A stretch of 64,000 nt of DNA, from contig JAAGZL010000342.1 of the NCBI GenBank assembly GCA_024206335.1, positions 747-64,746 of the forward strand, in the 5' to 3' direction. Source of the stretch: Gammaproteobacteria bacterium. Its GTDB lineage: Bacteria > Pseudomonadota > Gammaproteobacteria > Chromatiales > Chromatiaceae. Under the pieces are notes generated by a model. The model did not search any database, had not been told where the DNA came from, and saw only the letters and a program-made list of their open reading frames with translations. This document shows, one piece after another, positions 36,885 to 45,641 of this stretch. Position numbers and translations under genes: made by a program. Position 1 is the first letter of the stretch, and each line of letters begins with the position of its first letter.

Positions 36885-37364
36885 ATGCGCACAGACCTAA
36901 AACGCAGACTGTTTCTCAAATACCTTCTAGCCAAAGGCACAATTACAACAGCAATATGCACCGGCCTGATAACGCCACACTCTGCCCTAGCAGCCTGGCC
37001 CAAGAAAGCATTCGAGGCTACTACCATCCCAACCGCATTAAATGCGCTACTAGGTAGCGACAAAACCAGAACTAGGCGTTATGCCACTGAAGTCAAAACC
37101 AGACCACACATGAATAATAGCGGCACCCAGGTAACAGTCACCATCACCACCACTATTCCAGAGGTAGACTCCATAACTCTGTTGGCGACTAGTAACCAGA
37201 CACCACTGGTCGCATGTTTTAATTTTGGTGGAAGAACTATCGATTCACTAGCCACACGAATAAAGATGGAAGGCAAAGGTGAAGTAATTGTCATACTCAA
37301 GTCAGGCGACCGTCTATTCAGCGAACAGACCGAAGTAGACTTTTCTGGTTGCGGATGTGGTTAA
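36885..37364 (+). CDS. soxY: SoxY sulfur carrier protein (variant C-terminus)
   Basis: Tat-like signal (KRRLFLKYL), SoxY beta-sandwich pattern, and a C-terminal swinging arm ending ...DFSGCGCG (canonical GGCGG). Confidence 0.8.
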   Translation: MRTDLKRRLFLKYLLAKGTITTAICTGLITPHSALAAWPKKAFEATTIPTALNALLGSDKTRTRRYATEVKTRPHMNNSGTQVTVTITTTIPEVDSITLLATSNQTPLVACFNFGGRTIDSLATRIKMEGKGEVIVILKSGDRLFSEQTEVDFSGCGCG

Positions 37365-37400
37365 AAGATTCCACTAATACTCAGGAGAGCACAAGGTATT

Positions 37401-37718
37401 ATGTCAGCAAAACCCATACAAATAAGAGCCAAGCACACCAAGGGTGTTACCACAGTAAGGGCATTAATCAAACACCAGATGAGTAACTCCAAAAGCAGCC
37501 CCATCAATAAAAACAAGGGTAGCAACCCTCACTTTATTCAGGAAGTCACATGCAGCCTTGGTGACAATATTATTCTATCAGCACTTTGGGGAAGTGATAT
37601 CGCAAAAGATCCGTTCCTAGCATTTACCTTTAAAGGTGGAAACAAGGGTGAGACTATCCGGCTAAGCTGGGTAGACAACATGGGCAAACGCGACTCTATT
37701 GAAACCATTGTAGCTTAA
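37401..37718 (+). CDS. soxZ: SoxZ
   Basis: 105 aa. IRAKHTKGVTTVRALIKHQM...HFIQEVTC... is a typical SoxZ pattern. Directly downstream of soxY. Confidence 0.8.
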   Translation: MSAKPIQIRAKHTKGVTTVRALIKHQMSNSKSSPINKNKGSNPHFIQEVTCSLGDNIILSALWGSDIAKDPFLAFTFKGGNKGETIRLSWVDNMGKRDSIETIVA

Positions 37719-37783
37719 GGCAGCCCTGAATAATCCCATAAATTGCAGATCAAAGATCAAAACATTGGGTAGCCGCTAAGGAT

Positions 37784-38128
37784 CTAATCTTCGGTCTCTT
37801 CAGCCTCTTCCATCTCAATACCTTCCACTTCACGGCCAAGAAAATCATGCATCACAATATCCTTACCAAACTTACCTTTGTTAAGCCTCAACCCCTCTTC
37901 CAAGCTCATAGGTTTTAATGCATAGTGCAGGGGTTTATCCTCTTCTATCTGGCTTTCGATGATATAGATTTCCACTTCATCTGTGAACCAATCCCCCATG
38001 GTGAACTTATTTGGTTCTTCCAACTTGGTGAGAACCACCTCATGGCTTGCAATATCCAAAGTAAATTGCTGACCTGCTTTCAACTCAGAAACATTGATAA
38101 TTCCATCTTCCATCCGCTCTTTCCTCAT
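37784..38128 (-). CDS. Small acidic hypothetical protein
   Basis: The ORF reads as coding from MRKERMEDGIINV... onward. The N-terminal 58 codons of the track ORF look non-coding. Ends in an EMEEAEETED tail. Confidence 0.4.
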   Translation of the reverse strand: MRKERMEDGIINVSELKAGQQFTLDIASHEVVLTKLEEPNKFTMGDWFTDEVEIYIIESQIEEDKPLHYALKPMSLEEGLRLNKGKFGKDIVMHDFLGREVEGIEMEEAEETED

Positions 38129-38738
38129 AAAAATTAAGACGTGCGCGCCGTGGCTGGAATCATAAAAAGTCAATCCAATTGGGACAAGTCTAATAATACC
38201 AAGACTGCTCCTTATATAATACAGGCATGGATTGCAATTGACGACCCATACCCATTCAGCTACCCAGATTGAGTTGATAAACTGCAGTGATAATAACACC
38301 ACGCGCTGTACATCGTCGCATTGTTGGAGAAGGTATTCTTAGATCACATATCAAACTTCATAATTGATTTAGAGCACCAACAGCACAAAACTGCTGTCAA
38401 TAACTAGCAGGTATATTACATGAAGTGATCAAGGCAAATCCGGCTAAGTAGTTTTGTCTAGCGTTTAATATAGCATAGCCGCAACTATGGCTTGAGGAGT
38501 ATTGATCAAAATACAACACCGGACTTGGTCTAGACTCGATCAGGACAGACTGTATTTTATGCACAGAAATTTTAGTTGCTGTAACTGCCTGACATTTCTA
38601 CAAATCACCTATTGCCCAGTCCGTCTTTATGCAATATACGGGCTAGAGCTTACTACATAAAAGCCGGCACATCACCATCAACTAATCAGCTTCACCTGTA
38701 CATAAGGGTATTTGACAATCGTCTAATAACCAGTCAGT

Positions 38739-38768
38739 GCTTCTTGATCATTCAATGCATCAAGAAGC
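38739..38768 (-). terminator. Hairpin 3' of the OmpA-like gene (no clear U-tract)
   Basis: Perfect 10-bp arms GCTTCTTGAT / ATCAAGAAGC with a 10-nt loop, 17 nt after the stop codon. Confidence 0.35.
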
Positions 38769-38784
38769 AAACATGGTAGTTGTA

Positions 38785-39462
38785 TTAATTTCTTGGGGGT
38801 AGAACTTCAATTTCAACTCTACGGTTTTGACCGCGCCCATAGCTGGAATTATTGTCAGCTATGGGGCGACTTTCACCATAACCAACACTATATATTCTTC
38901 TAGGGTCTACTCCGCGCCTTTGCATGTAGTTGGAGACAGAGTGTGCTCGGCGTTCTGACAAACCCTGGTTGTGCTCCTGGCTACCTCGACTGTCAGTATG
39001 ACCAGAGATGCGAATATCAGATTTACCAAATTTCTTAAGCACCAACCCAACAGAATCTAGTACACTGAAGAAACTGCCCTTAATTCCAGAACTATCAGTA
39101 TCAAAGGTGATATTACCAGGCATATTAAGAACAATAGCGTCTCCCACGCGAGAGACACTGACCCCAGAGCCTTGAAGGGTACGACGAAGTTCAGCTTCCT
39201 GCTGATCCATATAGTAGCCAATCCCACTGCCTACACCAGCCCCTAATACAGCGCCAATTGCCGCTCCTTTACCACGATCATCTTTATTGGCCAAGGCACC
39301 GATAACACCACCGGCTACAGCGCCAATTCCAGCGCCTTTCGCCGTATTTGAGGTTTTTTGCTCATTTGTGTATGGATCAAGAGTTTGACATCCACCAAGC
39401 AGCGAAATAATTACAGTAGTAGCTATCAGATTCTTTTTGTTCACAAAAAGTCTACTCCACAT
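38785..39462 (-). CDS. OmpA-family lipoprotein with glycine-zipper region
   Basis: Lipobox LLGGC, glycine zipper GAGIGAVAGGVIGAL...GAAIGAVLGAGVGSGIG, and a C-terminal OmpA-like peptidoglycan-binding domain (GHTDSRGSQEHNQGLSERRA). Confidence 0.8.
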   Translation of the reverse strand: MWSRLFVNKKNLIATTVIISLLGGCQTLDPYTNEQKTSNTAKGAGIGAVAGGVIGALANKDDRGKGAAIGAVLGAGVGSGIGYYMDQQEAELRRTLQGSGVSVSRVGDAIVLNMPGNITFDTDSSGIKGSFFSVLDSVGLVLKKFGKSDIRISGHTDSRGSQEHNQGLSERRAHSVSNYMQRRGVDPRRIYSVGYGESRPIADNNSSYGRGQNRRVEIEVLPPRN

Positions 39463-39795
39463 TTTTATTTAAAGATTATCAATCAGGGCCAGCTAACACT
39501 AATTCAACAGGCCATAGTAACTATCAGTAAAAGCTCGAGTTTCTCATTTCAAGCTTCTTCTTTATACACACTATACAAATATATGCACGAGATTTACAAA
39601 TAATTAATGATGTTTTTATAAAATAGCTTAGTGTTTGATACCATCCAGAAGATATCCACAGAGCGACTTATACAAGCCAACCCGGACACGCCTACTCATT
39701 GAGCCAAAAATGAAAATATTAATATATGCTTTAGCTGGAAACAGCCAATCACAAACACTTATACGATCAGTTCTTACAGGGTTTCGTGGGCCATC

Positions 39796-40530
39796 CTACT
39801 CTTTCTGATCAAGATCAGACAGGTCATCCATACCATCAATCATTAGCGATGATTCCTCATTAGGCTCATCAGAAACTATCTCCTCTGTACCAGCTGACGT
39901 CTGTTCAGCTTCCGACATATCCTTAGCATCAGCATCTGACTCATCTCCCTGGGGCTGTTCCAGCGTCTGATCATCATCCACCTCATCAGCAGAACCACCG
40001 GCAAACATTGAAGAGTACTCATCCATCATACGACTCATGGTCTGCATAGTCACGCCCACTTCATCCGACAAACGTTTATTCTCTATTGTCAGCCTGCGAA
40101 TCTCTTCAGATTCATCTACGGCCACCGCCTCAGCAACTGGGCCACCGCCACCGCAGCCTGGTGGTTCCAGGCTGCGATAATGATCGATCATACCTTCAAA
40201 TTCTATGTATATGTTCTCAAAACCCACAGCATCACGCTGCAGATAGCAGTTAATTATATTCTGATAAAATCTATTCTCTTCACGACTGGATTGTGTCGCT
40301 ATCTCCTTGGCCACCTCATCCTCAAAACCAAACTTGTATTGCATCAACTTCCTTGTCTCATCCCTGCGACGCACCCCATCTTTTTTTATCTTCTGAACAA
40401 GACGCGCTGTAGCGGCTCTATCTTTCTGCTCACGCATAATTGTAAGCCCAACCAGCACTACCGAAACAAGTGTAGTAGCAATGAGCCCTTCAACCAGAAG
40501 CATGAACCACAGCGAACTAATTGTTGTCAC
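39796..40530 (-). CDS. Single-pass membrane protein with acidic C-terminal tail
   Basis: GTG start overlapping the VWA gene's stop (GTGA). N-terminal TM, helical middle, Asp/Glu-rich tail. No family recognised. Confidence 0.5.
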   Translation of the reverse strand: MTTISSLWFMLLVEGLIATTLVSVVLVGLTIMREQKDRAATARLVQKIKKDGVRRRDETRKLMQYKFGFEDEVAKEIATQSSREENRFYQNIINCYLQRDAVGFENIYIEFEGMIDHYRSLEPPGCGGGGPVAEAVAVDESEEIRRLTIENKRLSDEVGVTMQTMSRMMDEYSSMFAGGSADEVDDDQTLEQPQGDESDADAKDMSEAEQTSAGTEEIVSDEPNEESSLMIDGMDDLSDLDQKE

Positions 40531-42671
40531 TTTGATTTCCCTCTAACCTCACCATTCTCGATTATCTCTTCTCCCTGATCTATTTCATCCCCAACAACCT
40601 CTTCGGCCTCTGAATCAGCTATAGATTCTTCAACCTCTGCCTTACTGTTGTCTATGACCACTGTCTTATCTGCATCAGAGCCAACTTCATCATCATCTGT
40701 CAATTCCAAACATTCCGTTGCCTCTTCAACTTCAGCTTTAGCCTCAGCCTCCTTCACATCAAAATCATCACCAACCTCTTCCTTGTCTGCCTCATCCACT
40801 ACTTCATCATCATCTACTAACTCAGAAAATATGGCTGCCCTGCGTTTTCGAAAATGCCAATAGGCACCACCACCGAATATAACCACCAACAGATTGAGTA
40901 AAGCAAACCAGAGCACACCTGATACACCACCATCATCTTCCGCCTCATCTGGTAGCGGCATCGTGTCCGGTTTAGCCTCAACTGGCTCTGAGACTGGCTC
41001 AGCCTCAACAGCGGGCTTGGCCTCAATCACGGGTTCTGGTTTGGATCCCAGCTTGGCCGGTTCAGGTACAGCAACCGGCTCGGGCATAGGAGCAGGCTCC
41101 AGCCCCTTGATAAGCACCGAATCAAGATCCAGTTCCAACTGAACCCCGGAGACACTCTTGGCCTTTACATGCACATCCAGATTCCACTCTCCCTTCAGAG
41201 CTGACCGGTCTATCCAGGTCTCCTGAGACATACCATCAATACCGGGTAGGAACATCACCGCAACCGGCTTACCTTCTTTTGGGATCAGGGATGCTTCAAC
41301 CTGTATTGATTGCCCATCAACCAGATTTGGTTCAGGCAATATAGTCGCCATCAAACCAGCTTTACCACGACGCTCACCATCCAGCCTATCCATAGTTACG
41401 GCAGGAATGGATTCAAAGGTGTAACGCCGCTCACGCACAAAGGTCTTGCCTTCGGCAGTAACAATCAGCTCAATCTTGCCCTTGCCGATGGTCTTGCTCA
41501 TCACATGGGTGAATTCACCATCAGCAGCGGTTTTATCACCATCCTTGCCATCATCAAACATTGGACGTGGTTCACTTGGGCTACCACTACCGGCATACTC
41601 CGCCCGCATGTTGACCACATCCAGAAACTCCTTGTTGACGATCTTCTTGCCCCTATCGGTAAACTGGATTTTCAGGGGCTTCTGTTCTCCCTGCAGCAGA
41701 CGATTGGGAAGGGTGTTGGATACCATCTTCAGATCGGTGACCACCATAACCCGGTTATCTGGATCAACCTCGGCCTGGATCTGCCACACACCAGCTTTTG
41801 GATTGGCAATTGTCAGCAGGTCATAGCCATCATCACGGTGCCAACTCACACCCTTGGGAGGGTCTTCAGAACTAAAACTGCTGCCGTCCGGCATCAACAC
41901 CTTGGTCGGATCGGTACCCTCGGAACGAAACACCAGCAGTGTTGCCTCTTTCACGCTGGAGTCAATCTGAAACTTGTTATCCTTTAGGGGCACGGTGTCC
42001 GGTTTTGCCACCTTCTCAAATATGCGCAGAAAGATACGCTTCAGGCGATCAGCATCATCCACCTGCTCATACCAGCCATCGGTATCTCCAGAGAGTCTTT
42101 TTAATAGCCTGTGATCAGCCCTCTTGGATAGGGCAATGGTATGCACCTTTACCCCCATTTTTTTCAGCTGGGGCAAAATCTTGGCGACTATGCGCCTCCT
42201 TGAGGCCGCATTCTTGAGACTGTTCTTGGAGATATCCACCATGCCATCGGTAAGCAGCACCAGGTGGCGGGTATATTTTCCATCCACCTTCTTCCAATCT
42301 TCGGTAGACCGTTTCAGGACCTGCTCTATATCGGTATAGAGTCCGCGGGAGTGGATCTTACTGGCAGACTCACGGGCCCGTCCCCTCCAGCCCTCATCCA
42401 CCTTGCCCAATGGGATCTGCTGGTTTACAAACTGGCCAAAGGTCCATACCGCAGCCCGGCTGTCCTTGGGCAACAACCCAACCAGAAGACGCAGCGCCGG
42501 CCGGCGCAGATTGGCAGGATCATTCTCTTTCATACTACCGGAGACATCGATCAGCACCCTGGTGTCAGCAACATCAGAGGTTACAACCTCATCCTCAGCG
42601 GCATTTATCCACTGGGGTATGATAAGCATCAACAGCAGCAGGACGCCTTTATTGCCTGAAAGCAGAGCCAT
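40527..42671 (-). CDS. Secreted/anchored von Willebrand factor A domain protein
   Basis: Signal peptide, MIDAS motif DVSGSM, a large beta-rich middle, Pro/Glu/Ala-rich linker, C-terminal TM (VLWFALLNLLVVIFGGGAYW) and an acidic tail. Confidence 0.75.
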   Translation of the reverse strand: MALLSGNKGVLLLLMLIIPQWINAAEDEVVTSDVADTRVLIDVSGSMKENDPANLRRPALRLLVGLLPKDSRAAVWTFGQFVNQQIPLGKVDEGWRGRARESASKIHSRGLYTDIEQVLKRSTEDWKKVDGKYTRHLVLLTDGMVDISKNSLKNAASRRRIVAKILPQLKKMGVKVHTIALSKRADHRLLKRLSGDTDGWYEQVDDADRLKRIFLRIFEKVAKPDTVPLKDNKFQIDSSVKEATLLVFRSEGTDPTKVLMPDGSSFSSEDPPKGVSWHRDDGYDLLTIANPKAGVWQIQAEVDPDNRVMVVTDLKMVSNTLPNRLLQGEQKPLKIQFTDRGKKIVNKEFLDVVNMRAEYAGSGSPSEPRPMFDDGKDGDKTAADGEFTHVMSKTIGKGKIELIVTAEGKTFVRERRYTFESIPAVTMDRLDGERRGKAGLMATILPEPNLVDGQSIQVEASLIPKEGKPVAVMFLPGIDGMSQETWIDRSALKGEWNLDVHVKAKSVSGVQLELDLDSVLIKGLEPAPMPEPVAVPEPAKLGSKPEPVIEAKPAVEAEPVSEPVEAKPDTMPLPDEAEDDGGVSGVLWFALLNLLVVIFGGGAYWHFRKRRAAIFSELVDDDEVVDEADKEEVGDDFDVKEAEAKAEVEEATECLELTDDDEVGSDADKTVVIDNSKAEVEESIADSEAEEVVGDEIDQGEEIIENGEVRGKSK

Positions 42672-42810
42672 TTTTTATATCCCACTCAGTATATGTGTAT
42701 TTCCCATACCACCAGTTAGCGGCACAGTCACAGAAATACTTTAATTCTGAAAGCAGTTAGTATCTAACTGATTATAAAAGAGTTACATCTCCAATCAGAC
42801 AGCAGCCGGT

Positions 42811-43776
42811 CTATCTTGGGGATGAATAGGGCGACCGCCCCCCATCAGCACGTTTTTCAAATCTCTTGTAACCCCAAAGATACTGCTCCGGAAGTTGCCT
42901 GATGCACGCCTCCAGACCAAGATTTATCGCAGCAGCGGCCTCTTCCACTTCAATGTTATCCACCCCCTCTGGCGCGGGCATGCAGTGCAAACCAAAACCC
43001 TGCGCTGCGGGGTATCTCTCGGTATAAAAGAAGAACACGGGGGCACCGGTCTTACGCGCCAGGCTGTTCACCAGAACCATGGTAGCAGCCGACTGGCCAA
43101 AAAACGGGGCAAACACACTCCCCTGTTTGCCAGCCGCCTTGGGCAACTGGTCTGTGAGGACAAACAGCATCTCACCCTTTCTCAGGGCGGTGATCAGCTT
43201 TTTGACTCCACGTACATTTGCCGGGGCCAGATCCGCCCCGGTCTTGCGCCGCCCCTGATAGATGAAATCATCCAGCGACCGCTCCCGTGGTGGCCGATAC
43301 AATGCAGTAACCGGAAACTCCGAAGCCAGGTATTGAAAACCCACCTCCCAATTACCCAGATGCGGGCCGGCCATGATCACGCCCTTCCCCTGCGACATGG
43401 CTGCTTTCAGCTCACTGAACCCACGTCCCGGCTCAGTCATATCCGCCCACACCTTTGCATCCCGATGCCAGACTCCAGGCATCTCCAACATGGTGATAAA
43501 GTTCTCAATAAGGCTGTTACGCAACAGGCTCTTCTGCTCCAACTCCGACATCTCAGGAAAACATAGTGAAATATTTATCGCATAGATCCGACGCTGCTTG
43601 TTGGGGATTAGATATAACAACTGGCCAATAAGCCGCCCAGCGCCACGCGCCATCCACATCGGTATTCTGGATATAAATTTGAAGATTAAAAGCACTAGTT
43701 GTGATCGCATTTGGTAATTGGCCCACTTCAATACTAAGGGTAATTCTTTATGACCATGATACCTCTGGTCGTTCAA
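42811..43776 (-). CDS. Lipid A biosynthesis (Kdo)2-lipid IVA acyltransferase family protein (LpxL/HtrB-like)
   Basis: N-terminal membrane anchor and the LPLAT H-x4-[DE] motif context MAGPHLGNWEV. Length typical of LpxL/LpxM. Confidence 0.75.
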   Translation of the reverse strand: MNDQRYHGHKELPLVLKWANYQMRSQLVLLIFKFISRIPMWMARGAGRLIGQLLYLIPNKQRRIYAINISLCFPEMSELEQKSLLRNSLIENFITMLEMPGVWHRDAKVWADMTEPGRGFSELKAAMSQGKGVIMAGPHLGNWEVGFQYLASEFPVTALYRPPRERSLDDFIYQGRRKTGADLAPANVRGVKKLITALRKGEMLFVLTDQLPKAAGKQGSVFAPFFGQSAATMVLVNSLARKTGAPVFFFYTERYPAAQGFGLHCMPAPEGVDNIEVEEAAAAINLGLEACIRQLPEQYLWGYKRFEKRADGGRSPYSSPR

Positions 43777-43936
43777 CTGCGTCGAGCTTTAGCCGCAGAC
43801 TCTCCACAAAGCGGCAAAATAATTATATGTTTATCACTTATTCGTCTAAGGTCTGCGAGCAAGACATGTTAGATTTATACTAAAATAACCAGACAACTCC
43901 AGGGCCAAACCCACACCCTGAGGAGAGAGAGCACAG

Positions 43937-44365
43937 ATGAGTGATAAAACCACGATAGACCTAACCCCCGAACAGGCACACAAACTGATCGAGGACGACC
44001 CCAGAACCATCCTGATTGATATCCGTTCCAACATGGAATACCTGTTTGTGGGTCATCCGGTTGGTGCCGTACACATACCATGGATTGATGAGCCCGACTG
44101 GGTTATCAACCCGCATTTCGTCACAGATATACGCAAACTGGTCCTGGGTGGGGCCGTCTGTTCAATAGAGGACGGGTGCGCGTCTGTAATCCTGATCTGC
44201 AGGAGTGGCAAGCGCTCCCTGGAAGCCGGAACACTGCTGCTGAAAGAGGGTTTTACCCGGGTATATCACGTAGGCGAAGGCTTTGAAGGCGAGCTGGATG
44301 ACCACCACCAGCGCAGCACCATCGGTGGCTGGCGTCACCACGGACTGCCCTGGGAGCAGTGCTAG
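43937..44365 (+). CDS. Single-domain rhodanese (sulfurtransferase)
   Basis: Active-site loop ICRSGKRS and the upstream LIDIRSNMEY pattern. Confidence 0.8.
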   Translation: MSDKTTIDLTPEQAHKLIEDDPRTILIDIRSNMEYLFVGHPVGAVHIPWIDEPDWVINPHFVTDIRKLVLGGAVCSIEDGCASVILICRSGKRSLEAGTLLLKEGFTRVYHVGEGFEGELDDHHQRSTIGGWRHHGLPWEQC

Positions 44366-44518
44366 CCCAGGCTTCACAGAACAGGTTCACGCTTTTCATA
44401 CTGCCGCGATAAATTACATACAAAACCGTTATGATTTAGAACATTTCAGTTCATATCTGGTCCATAATACAGGCACCTACTGGACCAGATTAATCATACG
44501 TATGTCACGGAGCAACAG

Positions 44519-44968
44519 ATGAAACTTAGACTTCTCACACTAATGGTAGTGTCAACCTTCCTTCTTGCCTGCACCCAGAATCCAAACCGGGATGCTGGTG
44601 TGGCAACCGGCACCATCGTTGGTGGAATCCTCGGCAACCAGGTTGGCAAGGGAAGCGGGCGGGCCTGGGCAACTGGACTCGGCATGCTTGCCGGCGCCTA
44701 CATTGGCGGTAACATTGGCTCCAGCATGGATAAACAGGACCGTATCCATTCACAGCGGGCCCTGGAGAAACAGTCCGACAACCGCCCCAGCAGCTGGAAA
44801 AACCCAAATACCGGCAACAGCTATACAGTAACACCTACCGGCACCTATCAGACTGCAAGTGGCCCATGCCGGGAATACACCACCGACGCAATGATAGATG
44901 GCAGATCTGAAACAGTCTACGGCAAGGCATGTCGTCAATCCGATGGCAGCTGGCAGGCGGTGAACTAA
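44519..44968 (+). CDS. Surface-antigen-type lipoprotein (glycine zipper plus C-terminal Cys-pair domain)
   Basis: Lipobox LLAC, then GTIVGGILGNQVGKG...GMLAGAYIGGNIG, then ...GPCREYT...GKACRQSDGSW, as in 17-kDa antigen family proteins. Confidence 0.7.
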   Translation: MKLRLLTLMVVSTFLLACTQNPNRDAGVATGTIVGGILGNQVGKGSGRAWATGLGMLAGAYIGGNIGSSMDKQDRIHSQRALEKQSDNRPSSWKNPNTGNSYTVTPTGTYQTASGPCREYTTDAMIDGRSETVYGKACRQSDGSWQAVN

Positions 44969-45030
44969 CCCACCGGCAGATACCCTGCGCTACAACGGGG
45001 TGTGGTTATCTACCGATAAGCAGCAACAAA

Positions 45031-45057
45031 ACCGCGTCCCATGGACGTGGTTTTTTT
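45031..45057 (+). terminator. Rho-independent terminator
   Basis: ACCGCGTCC-CAT-GGACGTGGT (9 bp, one G-U pair) followed by TTTTTT. Confidence 0.7.
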
Positions 45058-45641
45058 GTGCCCATAATTTAAATTACTGCCATACCGCCCCCCATAAATG
45101 TAGTAGCAAGCCCCCTCCTAACATACCATTCAATTCCTCATTTCACCTAGGCTACTTCATGCCGAGCTGGGTAGTCGACTATTACATTATGTCCTAGACT
45201 TAAAGCAAGGAGAGGGCAAGGTGGCTGCCGCCAATAGTGGCGGCTGAATTAAGCGGGCCACGATAGGGAACTTCACATGCTAATAACTCAAGATGCTGTA
45301 GCGCCTGAAACCAATTCCCATCCTCTTGATACAAATGCAGACCACTTGGTACCAAGAATAACGATCCAGGAAAAGAGAAAGTCACAGACCTATATTTTTA
45401 CGATGATGACCCAGGTCCTATTAAACAAGTCTCGAAACAATATCGACACCATCCGCGCGAGTGATTCATTGGCCACACAGGTGTTGGTTGTTAACGCGGC
45501 TAACACCAGAACAGCATATCTGACGAAGGTACCCAGAGAATGAAGACCTTTCATTGGGATGATAGGTTAAGTATCGGCATCCAGAGCCTGGATAACGACC
45601 ACAAACAGATAATTTAGCTGATCAACTCATTAGCTGAAACG

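Noticed and set aside
45277-45543. 88-aa ORF whose TGA overlaps the ATG at 45540 (ATGA), upstream of the interrupted hemerythrin gene
   Set aside because: The ATGA coupling is suggestive. However, the product has no recognisable features, the ribosome-binding site is poor, and the region may simply be the 5' leader. The evidence is insufficient.
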